Shown in pieces: positions 23,294-36,650 of a DNA stretch of 64,000 bases. The stretch lies in contig NW_018404030.1 in assembly GCF_002113885.1 (NCBI RefSeq), positions 284,699 through 348,698 on the forward strand, in the 5' to 3' direction. The stretch comes from Mizuhopecten yessoensis. Lineage: Eukaryota. The position numbers were made by a program, and so were the translations under genes. Each line of letters opens with the position of its first letter. Position 1 is the first letter of the stretch. The notes beneath the pieces are model-generated. The model saw only the letters and a program-made list of their open reading frames with translations, searched no databases and was not told where the DNA came from.

Positions 23294-26200
23294 CATACCT
23301 TTAACATATATTCTATACATTCCCTAGTGAGTCGAGAAATATGAAGTTAGGCACATGTAAAATGATGTGTAATTGCGTGGATAACGGTATGACGCTTACA
23401 GACTTGAAACAAATCGTTCAATACCTGAAACTATGGCATATCTACGAGGAATTCCATTACATAATTCACCTAAACTGTTTTCCATTGTACTTTCTCTTAA
23501 CTCAGAATAACGAGAATGGATCGAGTGTCATGCTATCGTGTACAAACTGTGTCATTTCAGTGTGATGACTCTTCCAAACGGCCTCTAACACTGTCGCCAT
23601 GACGTCATAGTTGCTGGGAAGACGAGGAAACTCGGACAAAGCAAAACGCACGTGTATATTGAAGTATGACTAAATGTGAGTGCCTACATCCATATCTATC
23701 TGTTTTTATGAACCAGATGATGCGGAAGATATTATATTGTACATGATCTATAGTGGTGGGTAAGATGTTCCATGAGCCAATAAAAAATATAATCTCACTG
23801 CGTTATGTTGTAATAATTTTTATAGTGTAGATAAATAATAGCCCATTAAAAGCCTTGTGCACGAGAACCGATGTGAAAGTCATGATTGTATATTTTCGTA
23901 CTATCTAATGTCGAGGCAACTGTCTACATAACTAGGTCATCCGAGTCAAGGAATGGACCTGGGGTAATTAGTGTCAATTATACGTAATTAGCGCGTGCTC
24001 ATTAACATATTACGCATGGGCTGTGCGTGTGACGTAGCTACAATGTGTGTTCCTGGTACATATGAATGTACTCGTGTTCTTCTTCTTCTTCCTTTGATGG
24101 AGAATGCTCTGTCTAGAGTGTTAAGTTCTCCAGCGCGACTTGTTGCCGTTTTGCAAAATATTTTGTCGTAGTTTTGAAGTTCAACTTGCATACAGATGAA
24201 AATAAGTCAGAATTGATCTAGAAAAGTCTTTCATATCAGAAACACTAAAAAGAAATTAAAAAACCCATCTTCTAAACAGAAAAACGCTATCAGCCGATAC
24301 AGACGATGCATACTGGTTTTATAATCAAGTTTTGTTTTACAGGAAGAAAAAAACGGAATATCATTCCCGTAAACTAATTTCATATTTGCGAATCCAATAA
24401 AAATCATATACATCTCATAGAATAAAATACATAAACAAACATATAGGTTTGTGATATTGTTTGAAGTGCTACATAATCATGTTTAAGACCATGGGATCAG
24501 CTGCTCTGAGTTGCGACCGCTTAAAAATTGAATATTTATTTTCTAAAATGACCTTAAGTTTAAGAATCATTGAGTACTTTTCCTTCAGATTCGGGGTTAT
24601 ATCAAATTGATTGATATCTTATTAAAATTAGGCTAATATTTTAGGAAATATTCATGATATAAGTTATGTCTTACCATGACGTCAAGCTGCTTATACTTTG
24701 AGAAACTTCCAGGGCGGGCCAGCATAATACAGAATCCCCTTAGGGAACCCCTGGGTCATTAGGGAACCCCGTCGGTCATTTTATTACTGACCCGTGCCCA
24801 GGCATGGTCCGCCCAACCCTAAATACAGAAATCACAGGCAGACAGGCTACTTTAAGTACTTTTTTTGATACACATTAAGTAGTTTTTGATTAGGCGTTTT
24901 GACCATCGGCGCCTTCACAATTTTGATGGTCCATGAACTTCACTGCTTGATTTTTTTCTTGATATCATACAGTTTTACAATATATGCAGTATGAAGCCAT
25001 TTTACGTCTCTGTAAAAAACACGTTCTGACAAGTATCCCACAAAAAGCAATAACAAAACATAGGGTTTTGCTTAATAGTTCAACGACGATTTTTTTTTAA
25101 ATTAATCAACTTTTAACACCCATAGGTGATTCATTAAAACCTCGATTTTTATTTAAAAACAAGTTTTTAGACACAGGGAGCAGAGCAGCAATAAGGAAAA
25201 AATAGGTCAAGGAATCGTTTTGATGGAATTTGACACCGTGACCGAATAAACGTTATTCATTTTGTACTCACCCCATACCGAGTATCCAAGTACCCAGGTC
25301 GAGATAACGAAATTCCAATGTATACAGAAAAATAACATTTACATTACCAATCATACCGTACTCCGTGTCGTTACCTCTCACAGCTACGTGACTAGGCAGA
25401 CACATTTTGAACTTTATTTTCAAAACAATTATAAGATTAAACTTCAGCAGGCGTGAGAAAGCATTACAAGTATGGCATAACTGTATGGTGTGCTGTTACG
25501 TGCACTCGTAGCCGCCAACTGAGAACCCTTGGGAAAATCGGAAACTTTAAAGCGTCTTGCCGTCCCAGATGTCAACTGTGCACGCTGGAATTCTAATATG
25601 CAAAACGTTGTAACGAACCCCAGATGTTCCGGAATTAATGGCAGCTTTCTCCAAGATCAGTCGAGATTGGTATACGACTTTACGGTATGCTTTGAGTCGG
25701 ACGATAATGCCCCATTAAAACGTCTGGAATGTTGAACGCTTTATATTTGACATGTATGGGCAATCAACGATTCCAAAGACATCCTAGAGGACAATTTGTT
25801 GCTACATTCCACCTTGTTATCGAGTCCTTTAGACATGCCTGTTTCAATTTTTATAGCTTTTACAAGTGTGCAGTGTCTGAGGTTTTGCCTTTTATTTCAG
25901 ACAATGCACATTATGTGTGTGTATTTCCCCCTTTTTTGCACAAAAAAGTCTTTACGGGCTTCTTTTTTTTTTACCAGGCTTAATTAAGGATTATAAGCTC
26001 TTCATGTATTCTGCAGACATGCTTAATTAAGCGTTATTCGTAGCATCCAACCTTTTTAGCTGATTTTTTCGTTAAAGTTAAACATGTTCATTTTCAACGA
26101 AGGGACATTTTCGAACCACATGCAACAGAGGTTATCATAGCTCCAAAGGAGCTTCACCTTTTTAGGAAATCCATTGCGCTAATCTATAGTTAAGGTAAAC

Positions 26201-27502
26201 CGTCAGCACTAAAAAAACATCGGCTCTTACATACTCTAGTCGTTCATTTTTGTGAGAGTATTAAAGTTAACAATTTCAAAATGTTACAACTTTTACAAAG
26301 GTAAAATGAGGCTTTGCTAAACCCAATTTTGATATGAACATATGAAACCGTGAAATCGATAAGCGTATACAAAGAAAATAATCAAATACTGCCATCATTT
26401 ATCCAAAGAAATGTTGGCGTTATGAAGGAGTTTGGCGATATATTGAGGGAAACATAGAGGAAAATGCATTTTGAAATATGTTGTCGGTAAACGAAGTGGC
26501 ATATGAAATGAGGGGCATTATATCGTGGTTTTACTCTATGTCGAAGTTCGTTGTAAAATTGCGCATATTTTTATAAGTTATTTCGGCATTCAAAACTTAT
26601 GTATATGGCGTGTATATATTTACAAACGCTACAGAATGTGTATGACAGCTGGTTTGCTTTCTGTGCAGAAATGTAAATTATGCTATGGTGATTGAGGTTA
26701 TCTCTCAAACGTCTGTGAGACGTTGATATATCAAACCAAACGCTCCGACACCCTCACAATGACGTCTTCACGGCGGAATCAATCGTCTACATAATTTGAG
26801 GTCAAGGTTAGGGCAGCAATGCCAGGGTCAAATGATCACACTTTGAGATCATGTAAACCAACCAACTTTTAGTGCAAATAACGATCTTGATCGCAGTAAC
26901 AACATAATTATTTTGCGTAGACGAAAAATTACAAACTTGAAAACAGTAAAACCATTGTAAAAGGGACATTTCACAAATTCCACGACGTGACTGTACACAA
27001 GTTGTTGATGTTGTGTTGTATAAAACTAGTTCTGCTGAAATAATTTCAGTGTCAATAGTTGCGTAATTTATACAAAGTCAGTAAAGGCGTATGTTCCCAC
27101 TGACTCTAGGTGTGTAGTAGTACACAGTGGAACTTCTTTGAGGTTTGGCATTCTATAGTATCCAAAAAATGGGACATATATATATTCCAGACAAACGAAA
27201 GAAACAGAACTTGCAAAAAATAATTTAATTCCTGACTGTACTGATCCGTAGTTCAGCTTTCCACAGGTTTCCAGCTTTTTTATATTAACGAAACACTGTT
27301 TTGTAGTAAACCAGGTCACTCTTTAATTATTTCAAATGTATATCGGATAATCTTACTGACCATATTTTCAATCACAAACGAACTATCTTTTTTAATATAA
27401 AGATCATGAAGGTCCCTGTGATACTTTGTCTATTGTATTTCAAACAAGACCAGGCTTTACTTTCGAAACTTCAGGTGAAATAAAAACCTGAAATTCCAGT
27501 TA

Positions 27503-27848
27503 TTGGTTTGGTTGTATTTTGTTTGGACGTGCCTCTGTGTCTTGGGTATGTGTGTGTGAAGGATACAGGGTATGGTGTTGTCGTTGCCATCTTGTGATAG
27601 CGCGGATCTGATGCCGACTATATAGTGCTATCTCACTGAAATACCATGCCGAAGGCACCCATCACATCATTCCGCCCGGTAACATTATACTGACAATGGG
27701 TGAAACAGTTGTTGCCATTAACTTGAATGCTTCCAACGTTAAGCAGGGAACTACCATTTTTAGGGATTTTGGTGTGTCCCGGCCTGAGGACAGAACTCAT
27801 TGCCTTCCTCACCTAGGCGAACGCTCAACATTAAGGCCAAACGTGAGG
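27503..27848 (-). mobile_element. Near full-length V-domain tRNA-derived SINE
   Basis: Degenerate tRNA head, V-core (ggccgggacacaccaaaatccctaaaaatggtagttccctgcttaacg) and (AC)/(AACC)-rich tail. Three further homologous segments lie in the window. Confidence 0.8.
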
Positions 27849-28768
27849 TATTGCCAAGGACAATCGAATGCGCGTCATTCGTTATGGGCTTATTATGTAT
27901 AATTACACGAGTAATTTCTGGCTATATACAAATGTATGTATATATCTAAATGCCCTTTCTGTGGAGGCAATGTGCTATAAAATTGAATAGAACTTCCCCA
28001 AAAAAAACCACACACCTGATATTAAAACTGCAACCGGAGAGATTACTTTTGCGGTGCAGTAAATATATTGGACGTGTATACGCCCCTGTAAATATATAAA
28101 CAGTTGCTATAGACTGGTCTACCGCATGGTGGTAAAGATATGTATATATATTTACGAACATTTAGCAATACCCGACAACGTCAACTTGTAACACGCCCAT
28201 TTATTTACGTTTACGAAGTGGCACTTATTTCTGTAAGTTTACGCATTGTTAATGTCATTCAGTAGCCATGTGTGTGGCAATTACACGAAAACTGCGACCC
28301 CAATACCACCGACGTCAGCCAGTCAGAGACTCTGTTATATCCGACTAAACGTCAAATCAGCCAATCAGATAACACGTTACATCAGTTAATGTCAGGACCT
28401 CAATGTCAACTCCGCGTCAAATGGCTTGATTCAGAGATTATGACTGACTTCATTACACAGGCAGTGTATAATTAACCACTCTATGATTCCGTTACATATT
28501 TTGCCTGTATGATGTCAATTTTTCTCACCCTTCACAGGTGTGTCTCCCGTTTTAGCCGTGAAAGATAAGCTTGTCACCCCCTAGGGGGAGATAGCCTCCT
28601 GCCGATTAGCACGTGTTCAATTGTGAAGTCATTAACATGCGTCATCGGTAATTGTGACTTCATCAAAAGTGAATGACGATATGCAAACCCCATATGTGTT
28701 TTTGTTCACAAACATGACAGACTACTGTCGGTGGAGCTGTGACTGAAATAATTGGATGGGAGAAAAAA

Positions 28769-28912
28769 AATCATCCCCTACCTTGAGGGTGTAACAGAGA
28801 AATCTCCAACCATCGGGGTGATTGTTTTGGCAGAGCCTCGGGTTAGACAACAAAAAATATCACCCCTCGGGTTGGATATTTCTCTGTCACACCCTCAGGG
28901 CAGGGGAAGATT
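28769..28912. mobile_element. Palindromic MITE-like element, ~54-bp imperfect inverted arms
   Basis: tcatcccctaccttgagggtgtaacagagaaatctccaaccatcggggtgat pairs with atcacccctcgggttggatatttctctgtcacaccctcagggcaggggaaga. Confidence 0.75.
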
Positions 28913-30326
28913 ATATTAGTCAACCAATCAGAAGTATATTTTAAAAGTACGTGCGACACAAGCAAGTGAACTCAGACCACAGATAATGCTTCCTCTTTGT
29001 TATACACAAATGAAATGCATTTCTGAAATTTGTCTCGTTATCATTGCTTTTCATTGTCGAATAAGTTTTCATCCCTTTCCTGTAAATAAAATGAAAATGT
29101 ATGTTTTTGTTAACGAAAGAATTGCAATACTTCGAGTGAATACATTTTGACAAAGGACATGGCATATTGTTTGGTCCCTGGACATGCATTTTGGGGTTAT
29201 ATTTATTATCATAAGACAGTTGGGTTATATTGAAATAGTTCCAATTATCTCACCAAAATGCAAGCGATTAAGACGTATTTCAAGCTAGCTATTGTGTCTT
29301 GTATATTTGAAGAGAACTGTTAAGATCAGGTCTCGAGCAAACTCTGCAATACTTCTTAAAATGTTGAACAAAGATTGTGACCAGAAGCTAAGCCTGCCAG
29401 CACCCATTAAATCAACAAACAACATACTCGGTTAGGTTTTTTGTAGCTCATGGCGCGACCGCTATCTCAGCCAATCAGATAATCCGTTACATCTTCCTTA
29501 CGTCAGTAACCGAGCTAATGATTTGCGGAGAAGAAAACCATTACTTCTAACGTGATAGTTACCATCCCGGTTGCTTAATACTGGTGTCTGGTCTTTGTGA
29601 AAAGTATACACAATTGTGCCATTATTCTTACCTTTTTTTTAAGACTTCGTAAACACAATGAGTCCGCATCCCAACTCTTGTCAAAGATAACAACCCGTAG
29701 CTAAGTTTCTCTGAACGATATTTATGTATTCCCGGACTGACTACGTCATCAAACAGATGTCGAGTTTGTACTGAAGATCAAAGTTGTCCGAATATTCATG
29801 AATGTTATCGCCACCTCTGAAAACACTTATGGTGTTACATACATCACACTCAGGGAAACGTTTGTCTTATCACTCAGACCCTTGAACAGGTAGATAGCAA
29901 TACATCACAAGGTAAATAATACGATTACTACCGTTCTCCCCGGCACACGCCAAGGAAACATTACACGAACCCACTTGTCCAAAGTTTTGTTAGCTCTGCT
30001 TTGGACTTACGAAATAATCTCTAAAACATTTTTTGCGTCAGAGTATCTATTTTCAATATGATAGCCGTTTCTGAAATATTCCAAAGTAAAGAAGTTCGTT
30101 TTACGTTCTTTACATTAAGGAAATATGGAACCTCGCACGTTACTCATAAACGTTTGCGTCAGAGTTATCTCCCTTGGCAACGTGTCTGAGATTATCATGG
30201 AATATAAAAAGAAAAAAGATTTTAAACAAGACTTTTTGTATCGTCCTTGAATTTTGAATTTGTTATCAGAGGAATTTAAGTTCATTTTTATCTAACTTAG
30301 AGCTATCACCTTCCACTCTGTCAAAT

Positions 30327-30383
30327 TTACATCCCTTCGTTATCGTTACATCCCTTCGTTATCGTTACATCCCTTCGTTATCG
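30327..30383. repeat. 19-bp tandem repeat x3 (ttacatcccttcgttatcg)
   Basis: Visible directly. Confidence 0.9.
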
Positions 30384-30780
30384 TCTGTCGGAATTATCTC
30401 CCCATATTTTCACTCTGACAGAGTTACATACCCTAGTTATCACTCTAGCGATAACTGGTCATATGACAGGAACTGGGAATGGTCGAAGCAGTGAAATCTA
30501 TGCTTTTCTAATTTATTTTACATTTTTTGACGCATAACACTTTTCTTAAGGTGTTGAATGTCCAAAGTAAGTATACATTGTATTTTACAGTAATTTGTTA
30601 TGTTGTATCGTTGTAATATTATGAGTATTCACCGAACTTCACATAGTACTGATAGCCTATCGCATTTTATGGTATTGTTGTTTGGTTTGTTCAGGTTTTC
30701 CTGTCCTTGCAACAACGTGAACTAAGTCATATAAGGACAAAAAGCCTTAAGAGACACTGCTACATTTTTTACTTTATGGT

Positions 30781-30915
30781 TTAACAGGAGAAAGAGATAT
30801 GCACGAACAGACCGGGACTCGAACCCATGACCCTCTGAACTCTAGACGGGCGCTCTAACCAATTGAGCTACAATGTACACCTGGTCGCCGGTGCAATTAA
30901 CCCAGTTCCGTTACA
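30781..30915 (-). mobile_element. 135-bp solo-LTR-like element containing a tRNA-like Pol III promoter
   Basis: Ends T(G)TAAC...GTTACA; flanks atggt/acggt; minus-strand A box tagctcaattggttagagc and B box gggttcgagtccc. Confidence 0.6.
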
Positions 30916-32665
30916 ACGGTAAGCTTACAAGATTCAGACCGGCTTGGACTTGGATAGATATACTCGACCTAAGTAGAACGGCTGTGAATTGAGCTTGGAG
31001 TAAAAATTAGGTATTAATGTTGCTATTTTTACCGTGTTAAATGTATATGTTTTAGACTACTTGGGTAAAACGAACTGCATGAAAGAACATTTGAACTGAA
31101 AAAGTCGGCGAAAAACTGAGGTCGGGCACTTTAAATAAACAGTACGGTCGTTGGATTCGATGAGTAGCATACATACATGTACGTTGATCGAGTAATCTTA
31201 ATTGGAAGAAAAATAACGAATTTCGACGTTCATTAAAAGTTTTGAGTGAAAAGTAAGTGAATTGATTTGATGATTATACTTAAACTCCAACCCTGAATCG
31301 TAAGAATGTGATAAAAGTCATCCTAGGTAATATTGTACAAGGCCGAAAACAAGAAAAAGGGGGCGAGTCTGCCTGTAACGTGGTAACGATGTTACGGTGC
31401 GCGGGGAAACAACTACAAGTTCCTCTCGGGGAACATATCCTTATCGCAAGAAAGTCAGTAGGTTATTAGTCATGGAACGGGTGGTCTTGTATCACATACA
31501 TGAATAAAACCCTACAATTAAAACGGAGATGAAATAGTCTATATCAGCCTAAAACAGCTGTTGACTCTCTGTTTTTTACTCGATTTTAGAATCTGATATA
31601 TTTATATATCATAATTCCGGGAGAAGAGAATTCTTTTTGCGCTATCGTATCGGTCTTGTTTGAAATTTAAAATCCTCATCCGATACAAGGCCATAAAAAC
31701 GGCGACCTTTTCGTTTTATGAGCTGTAATTCTAGATAAGAAAATTATCTTGAGAGTTCTAACTTTCTTAAACTAAGATCCCGTTCAACACCTGCTAACGA
31801 AATACAAGACAAAGAACTTTAAAAAAAACCCGAGCAGAATAAAGTCTTATGTAATTTAACTCCTAGCCAAAAAATTGGAGTGCTTTTTTCAAGTTTCAAA
31901 ACTATGAAGGAAATGGCATATCTGTTTAACCTCTTAGAAGAAACATACAGCTGACTGTCGGGAAAATATGGCAAATAGATTAATGTTTCATTCATATGAA
32001 TTACAAAACACGTAAAGAGCATTAGGTTCTTTACTTGTGTGGTGTACAGTGAGTTCATCACAACATTACAGCTAAAGACATCCAGTGCAGATTGCATTTT
32101 AACTTGTTTCTACATAGAATACAACGGAACACTGCTGGGATAAAAGTTGTAAAATTGAAATACAAAATATCTGCTATAGAACCAGGTGCTCCGACACATG
32201 TACAACCTGCCATGATGTTTTTTTAAAAATCTTTGAAGATAAGCAGCAGGACTTCTTACTGTTTCGCATTGCAGACATTCACACGCATTGGTTCAGGAGT
32301 TGAAAAAACCCCTAATATATGGCATGTAGATTTTGAAAATAAAACCACCACATTTATAACAGATTTCTGGTTTGAAAGTTGGCCAAATATAAGTTTAAAC
32401 ACGAATATCTTCACCGGATTTAGATACACGTATACATGATTTAGCTATTCGGAATTAAAAAAAATATTAGTTGTTCTCAAACTGAATTGTACTGAATTTG
32501 TAAAACTGAGCTAAGCCAGACTTTAATTCTCAAAATGTGTAGGTTAAGCTAACTCTTTGTATGTTATGTCATGTTTGAAATAAATCTCATTAACATACTT
32601 CAAATGCCTAAATTCTATTTTAAACGAAATGCCGTCTTAGAATAAGTGCGATTTGACCCAATCCT

Positions 32666-33412
32666 AGATGTTCCGGTACCCGGTAGTTTTGGTAGTTAAG
32701 AATATGATGCTTCGGCTCTTATTTTTTAAAATGAAAAATGCCGAAGAATCTAGAAATACTAAAGCAGCAACACACTGGAGACAAAAAGGAAAAAAATAAC
32801 AAAGTGGAACGTTAATTGAGCGCCGAAAATAATGTTTAATATTGGAATGACCCTTCTGATATTCCGAAACATCTGATATTTAAGTATCGAAACGTCTTAT
32901 ATTAGTATCGAAACGTCTTACATATGTACCGAAACGTCTTACATATGTACCGAAATGTCTTACATATGTACCGAAACGTCTTACATATATACCGGAACGT
33001 CTTATACAGGTACCCAAACCTCTGAATATCACTACCGAAACGTCTTATATAAGTTTCGAAACCTCTGATATTTTAGTACCGAAACATCTGGTATATAGGT
33101 ACCGAAAAGTCTTATATAAGTACCGAAACGTCTATATAAGTACCAAAACATCTGGTATATAGGTACCAAAAAGTCTCATATAGTTACCGAAACGTCTATA
33201 TAAGTACCGAAACATCTGGTATATAGGTACCGAAACGTCTTATATCAGTACCGAAACATCTGGTATTTCGGTACCGAAACGTCTTACATAAGTACCGAAA
33301 CGTCTTTGAAACGTCTTATATAAGTTCCGAAACGTCTATATAAGTACCGAAACGTCTTATAGAATAACCGATATATCACGTTACCGAAACGACTCAGTGC
33401 TAAAACGTCTGT
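32666..33412. repeat. gtaccgaaacgtct-type 19-23-bp tandem array (32863-33412) with inverted unit(s) at about 32666; probable non-autonomous DNA element
   Basis: About 25 units; agatgttccggtac at 32666 is the reverse complement of a unit variant. Confidence 0.85.
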
Positions 33413-36400
33413 ACTTCGTTTGACCATCTTCTAAAAATAGATTTTCACGACATTTGTCTGAAGCGAGTGATTCTTCCTCTTTTGTGAGTGCCTCCCACGA
33501 AACCGAATATTCGCGCTATAAATACATTCTGAATGCAAAAATAATGACCATGAACGAACTCTCCGGAGTCTACAGCCAAGCGATGTCTACATCTGATATA
33601 AACCTATCGACACTATATGCTATCATATTTCTTTTTGACCCATTACAGCCACCATCTTCCATTTAGTCTCTACAGACAATGGGTGTGTCTAACACGTTAA
33701 CCGACGCAAATCTCGGGCATCACGAGATCATGTGTCCGAGGCTGACAATGACAGCTGTTAGTCGGTGTAGAAGATAAGTATCGGTGACGAGAAAGGCCGG
33801 ATTTCGGCACCCAATGTTTGTTTGATCAATTATACCGTCAGCTCAATTCATCGGTGATGGTTAAAACAGAGTACTACAGTTGTCCCTCGTGAACTTAACA
33901 AATAACTACAGTCTCCATGCTTAACACGTAGCTGTCAAAATACACCTTAACAAGGATCACTCCCTGCCTTATACCATGAACACGAAAAATATGATTCGCC
34001 TTTTATAAGCACAATGAAACAGTTGTTTATATCACACAAGACGGACGCTAGAGATATGAAACGTGATGTTTGAGACAATGAACATGTTCTTCAGAGCGAA
34101 CAGGACGTAAGGTTTTAAAAAACATCAATTAATCATGACGTTCATAATTTGTTTATTTGTTAAATCTTTACGGTGCATCAGCAAAATAGGGTCACACGGG
34201 GCCACACAGCAAAACACGAGTAGCCGTTGTTGTACCAATTGAGATACTGGCTTTAAAAGTTGTAGAAAAAGTGCAAAAACGGAGTAAAAAAAATAAAACA
34301 ACTTTTACAATTGGTTCATTGGATGAAGAAGATTAATTCGGGGGCATGTTCGTTTACGTGAATTCCCATCGTAACACTTTCAGGACTGGAAACATGGCGG
34401 ACCTCCTAATAGTAATGTAGACAATGAACGTCATTGTCAAGTTTTACCAGAAAGCAACATGATCACTGCATCCATCCCTATTTCATAAACCAACATCTTT
34501 GGTTAAGCCAGACAAACCGTTTTTAACGCTATGAACGATAGTGGCCTTGATTTCTTCAATGTCCCCTCGGCAGAAAACACCGAAGGAATTCTCAGTTCTA
34601 AAGGGACTGCTTCTTCCAATCGTGCAGCAGTATCCTGCAGAGTAATTATTTGTCCGAACTTGTACGTTGATACTACATGTAATTTACTGGTTGTGCAGTT
34701 AATAATTCCACATGAACTGGCAGGCACGAATTGCTCTAGTCACGACAGCGTTTTTCAATCCAAACGTGTATGCAACAGACTGACCTCAGACCACAGAAAA
34801 CTACACTAAGTTCTTACCAAAGGGAAACCTTTCAAAACATGTTCTGTATTTTTTCTCAAGACCTTATCTTTATAGGTTTTGTTAAACTATCTATTACACG
34901 TTGTAGTGTTCTGGAAAAGTATTACTGACCGGAATTTTTGCGAAATGATCTTGATCATGTCAACATAACCCATTTGCACTATGATATGACCCTGACATTC
35001 ATGTTCAGGGGCCCCGAAACTCCTCATATCCTTTCGCCAAAATGAACTTCACACAAACTTATCGACCACTTCAATTGATGTGGACAAGATCGTGCTTCGT
35101 TATCTTTGTTCTGACGAATGACAAGGGTGTTATTTTGATTGATTACGTACCGGAACAAAGACCTACTTTCGGAACACCAGGTACCTAGACAAAAAGTTGT
35201 TTCGCCCGTTAAAGTTGGTGTTCCGAATGATATTTAGAACTAAGTGGACACAAAAGTGCACCACATTTGTTTTGCTCATAACAAACATTATATGTTGATG
35301 ATTGTAATTTAGATATCGTACATTTATGCATATTTTTGACTTATTTATGATGATGCCGCATTGATTCGCTTTTGAACACACCCATTGTTATATTTATACA
35401 AATACATGTTTACATATACAGTAATTATATATAATTGTAAGTTATTCTGACATTCAAATACACATTACCAACGTGACAGTTTTTTCCTGTATATAAATAT
35501 ATACGTGAACCTATATTTGTTATCAGCACAGTGTCAGATTAATCATCCAGACTGACATTAAGTGCGAAAAACGACTCATTACACTGCACGAAATAAACGT
35601 GCTGTAGTATAATCATAGCCGGCATTTCCTACAAGTGAACCGCTAACAGAATTACTAAACCTATTACAACTCCTTGTTCTAATCACAAACACTATTTGCA
35701 ATACAAATTCCTGTACTAACGTTATTGCATCAACATTTTATTATTTCCAATTTTAAGTTATATAATGCTACTTCGCGATAGTCTAGGTATGTACCATACA
35801 CGTATGAGATCAGAATGAAGATGACGCTTAATACCTGTAGAAGCTACACGTAGAATATAAATAGAAAACGCAATTTTCAAACACGTCAGCATTCATCATG
35901 TTTATTTGCTGGATGAAGTTCAAATAATAAAAATTAGCCATGAAGGTATATATATTTATTTATATAGCCGCTTAATTACATTATGTAATAGGGGGCCAAC
36001 ACCAATCCTTGCCTTATTCCTCGATTTGTCAAAATACGTATTTTCCTACCATCTCGAACTTCACTCTTTTGACTTACAGCATCGTTTATACAATTTGTAA
36101 TCGAAAAAAAAACCATGATCGTTTCACTGAAATTAGTTTTTATTAGATTTGATAAGAAAATTTGAAACATTTCGCAAAAATGTCATGTCAGATAGAAGTC
36201 TTAACATATTGTTAGTTCGAAGCCAATATACAACTTTTCACTGATTTTCACAATAACGAAGCAGTACTACTCATTGGAATTCAGACTCTGTCGAGTCGCC
36301 AACAACTCGATCTGGAGAAACAATTATAGACCCAAAAAGTACAACATCACAGAAATATCTCCAGCAGTATACTCTGTCATCTAGAAGAAACGAATCAACA

Positions 36401-36563
36401 CGATCTAAACGAGCCTAATTCAAACGACATTTTTATTTCCTTGGGGAGGAAGCACAAGCATACAAATCTCAGATGGGCGGAACTCTTTTGCGTTTGTAGC
36501 CGTTTGTTTATAGAAGATTAATGATTGTGTATCATCGAGCGACCTTAAGTGAAGGGCGAGTAC

Positions 36564-36650
36564 CAAAGGGCGGGTCCAGGGGTACATCAGCTGCAAATAC
36601 TAAATCACGGTCGTTATCATCCATTTCTCTCGTTCGTAGACAGACATCGA
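36564..36650 (-). CDS. Probable additional exon of the Ig gene (N-terminal linker), symmetric phase 1-1
   Basis: Strong acceptor ttattgttgttttacag, weaker donor GTACTC, 87 bp with no stop. Gives ...TAT-VDVCLRTREMDDNDRDLVFAADVPLDPPF-ARPLLE. Locally GC-richer than the intron. Confidence 0.55.
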
